From positions 11,284,001 to 11,348,000 of the forward strand of contig OX597827.1 in assembly GCA_951406725.2 (NCBI GenBank): 64,000 nucleotides of DNA. Reading direction: 5' to 3'. This document shows, piece by piece, positions 58,661-64,000 of this stretch. The number at the start of each line of letters is the position of its first letter. The stretch's first letter is position 1. The DNA is from Octopus vulgaris (lineage: Eukaryota). The position numbers and the translations under genes are program-made. The notes under the pieces were generated by a model. The model worked only from the letters and a program-made list of their open reading frames with translations. It was not told where the DNA came from and searched no databases.

Positions 58661-58681
58661 ATAATAATAATAATAATAATA

Positions 58682-58719
<38 letters not shown>

Positions 58720-58720
<1 letters not shown>

Positions 58721-58951
58721 TCGTTTTGGGATTTGGATTGCAAGATTCTTTATGTGAATTCGTGTGTTGAAGCATATTTTATTGTGTCTGGGAGGGTCAT
58801 ACTATTTTTAGTGCCTTACTATTTAACACACTCACTGGTTCAATTTCCACTCATTTACTTACTTACTTAAATAAATGAGTGGGAATTGAACCAGTGAATG
58901 TGTTAAATAGTAAGGCATTAAAAGAGAATGACTCTCCCCAGACACAATAAA
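58720..58951. mobile_element. Fold-back element with ~80-bp imperfect arms
   Basis: ~58778-58858 is reverse-complementary to ~58872-58951. Confidence 0.8.
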
Positions 58952-58954
58952 TTA

Positions 58955-59293
58955 TTATTTATTTATTTCATTTATTTTATTTTATCTAGTTTCAGCTCAC
59001 GAGCTGTGGCCATGCTGGGGCACCGCCATTTGGTGTTGCTACATGATTTCACTTCACGAATGCTTTTCAATAATTGCCATTTGGTGCATGAGAGAGTTCG
59101 ACGCAGCTGCCCTCATCTGCACCTCCTGCCGTGAAGTTGGTTCATCTGGGACACCTGACAGGAAGAGATCCAGTTTTATTTTAAAGATATCTGCATCCAC
59201 CCCATGCAGGTCTCTCAGGTTCTTCGGGAGGATATTGAAGAGCTGTGGGCCTCTGAAGCCCAGGCTATCACAGTATCTTGTCCTACATCTTGA
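58955..59293 (-). mobile_element. CR1-group-like LINE 3' end, probable partner of SINE A
   Basis: Open frame SRCRTRYCDSLGFRGPQLFNILPKNLRDLHGVDADIFKIKLDLFLSGVPDEP...AASNSL...KHS* (59293-59054); the 3' UTR ends like the SINE A tail. Confidence 0.85.
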
Positions 59294-59446
59294 TTATTGT
59301 TATTATTATTATTATTATTATTTTTTTTTTTCTTCTTCTTCTTCTTTCAAATTTGCTTCCATTTCTTGCCAAGTGTCTTCCCGACTCCTAGGGCAAAGAA
59401 ACTCATAGTATAAATTGGTAGGCCATTAAACTAAACTCCATAGTTC

Positions 59447-59500
<54 letters not shown>

Positions 59501-59501
59501 C

Positions 59502-59564
<63 letters not shown>

Positions 59565-59989
59565 GTTATTATATTTATTATCATTGTTGTTATTATTTTA
59601 TGATCATTGTTGATGTTAGATATAGTATTGAGAATATTACTAACAGCACGATTGTGATTATTACCTTCACTAAAAACTCGTTATCATTCTCAATATGGAC
59701 CTAATTATTACTTGTTATTATTTATTATAAACCTCCTCATCATGATCTTCTTTATCATTGTCATTCTTCTTGTCATCGTTATCGTTGATATCATCGTCAT
59801 TGTCATCATTGTTATCATTGCAGGCCTTGTGCCTATAATAGAATGGATTATTATCATTGTCCCTTTCATCCGTGTCATTGTCATTGTCATCAGCAGTGGA
59901 GATGATGTTGTCATTTTTGTCATCACCAAGATTATCATTTTTGCCTCTGTTGTTACTCTCATTGTCATCGCCAACACAATCATCATCTT

Positions 59990-60075
59990 CGTCGTCATCA
60001 TCATCATCATCACCACCACCACCACCACTACATCTCCACTACCACCACCACCATTGGCATCATCTTTGTCCCAGC

Positions 60076-60111
<36 letters not shown>

Positions 60112-60245
60112 AATCATCATCATCATAATCATCATTGTCATTGTCATCATCATCAACATTGTCGTCATCATCGTCGTCATCATCATCATCACCACCACCA
60201 CTACATCTCCACTACCACCACCATCGTCATCATCTTTGTCCCAGC

Positions 60246-60299
<54 letters not shown>

Positions 60300-60780
60300 A
60301 ATTATCATTGTCATTGTCATCATCATCAACATTGTCGTCGTCATCGTCGTCATCATCATCATCATCATAATCATCATTGTCATTGTCATCATCATCAACA
60401 TTGTCGTCGTCATCGTCGTCATCATCATCATCACCACCACCACTACATCTCCACTACCACCACCACCATCGTCATCATCTTTGTCCCAGCCATCATCATC
60501 ATCATCATCATAATCATCATTGTCATTGTCATCATCATCAACATTGTCGTCATCATCATCATCAGCACCATCATCATCATTATCATCATCATAATCATCA
60601 TTGTCATTGTCATCATCATCAACATTGTCATCATCATCATCATCATCATCATCGTCATCATCTTTGTCCCAGCCATCATCATCATCATCATCATAATCAT
60701 CATTGTCATCGTCATCATCATCATCATCATCATCATCATCAGCACCATCACCACCACCACCATCATCATCAGCACCATTT
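59990..60780. repeat. (CAT)n region with higher-order repeats
   Basis: catctttgtcccagccatc recurs four times (~60061, 60231, 60476, 60658). Confidence 0.9.
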
Positions 60781-61254
60781 CAGCTTTTTCAAATCATACA
60801 GAATATTCGCTATTGCTTGCCTGCCATTCTTTATTAGTATTATTTATTTATTTATATATTTATTTATTTATTTATAAATTTATTTATTCATTTATTTATT
60901 GATATTTATTACATTTTTTTTTATTTTTTCCCTATTACATTTCTTTATCTTTTTAATTAACAATTTTTCACTTTATTGGAAATATTTGCTAATATCTGTC
61001 TAGATATTTTTTTTTTTTTTTGATTTATCTGATGCGATGGCCATTTTTAAGCGCCCAGAGAAATCCCTGCAAAATAAATGAAGTGAAAACAAACGAAGAA
61101 CAACATTAAATTGGAGTCACTTTCACATGGACAATTTATCATGTTTATTTACACATCAACTTGTCTTATTTTGTTGTCCAATATTTTCTCTCTCTCTCTC
61201 TCTTTTTCTCTCTCTCTTTGTCTCTGTTTCCCCTTCCTATCTGCCTATTTGATC

Positions 61255-63430
<2,176 letters not shown>

Positions 63431-63473
63431 TTATGTTTGTTTTATTGCATACTCTTTTCTGAAACGAATGAAA

Positions 63474-63517
<44 letters not shown>

Positions 63518-63577
63518 GTTTTACTTTAATTATAACAGATAAGACTTATTTAAGTAAAGTTCATTAGTAATGTGTTT

Positions 63578-63615
<38 letters not shown>

Positions 63616-63868
63616 ATTTTTATGTAGCTTTTGTATTGTTTTATTCTAATTTACATTATACCAATTTGTTTATTTGTTTTCTTTTTGGATACTGCTCCAC
63701 CCCTTGGAAACATTTGAAGGTGTCATGATAATCAACTTCTTCAACATGACTATCACCTCCACCCTTCGCATCATAGCTACCAACATGAACCAGCAATGGA
63801 GTCTCTGCTTCCTTGTCTATCTTGCAACTAACAACAACTAAATTGTCTTGAATTCTTGAATCATACCT

Positions 63869-64000
63869 ATTTCTTTACTACCTACCCCAAGGGGCTAAAC
63901 ACAGAGGGGACAAACAAGGACAGACACATCGATTAAGTCGATTACATCGACCCCAGTGCGTAACTGGTACTTAATTTATCGACCCCGAAAGGATGAAAAG
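63869..64000 (-). mobile_element. SINE family B, truncated by the window end
   Basis: Matches 50890-51020. Confidence 0.9.

Overview
AT-rich eukaryotic genomic DNA, very likely from an octopus (inferred from the repeat families and the extreme microsatellite load, not from a database search). No intact, recognisable protein-coding gene is present. Nearly all listed ORFs are translations of (TA)n, (CA)n, (TAA)n, (CAT)n, (GGT)n or (GATA)n tracts. The window consists of microsatellites and interspersed repeats: several SINE families; 3' fragments of LINEs (R4/Dong in TAA tracts, two CR1-group-like, two RTE, one L1/Tx1); a decayed DD37D (maT) transposon; mariner MITEs; three non-autonomous Helitrons; a Helentron-type HINE; and a CpG-rich ~140-bp tandem array. 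Weak splice and initiator signals at about 31-44.5 kb suggest the 5' end of an unidentified minus-strand gene. The most notable unannotated signal is about eight minimal Type I hammerhead-ribozyme motifs from at least six unrelated sequence families. Three have an intact catalytic core, and several sit in short fold-back (inverted-repeat) elements that look like Penelope-derived or retrozyme-like non-autonomous retroelements. All folding and alignment was done by eye.
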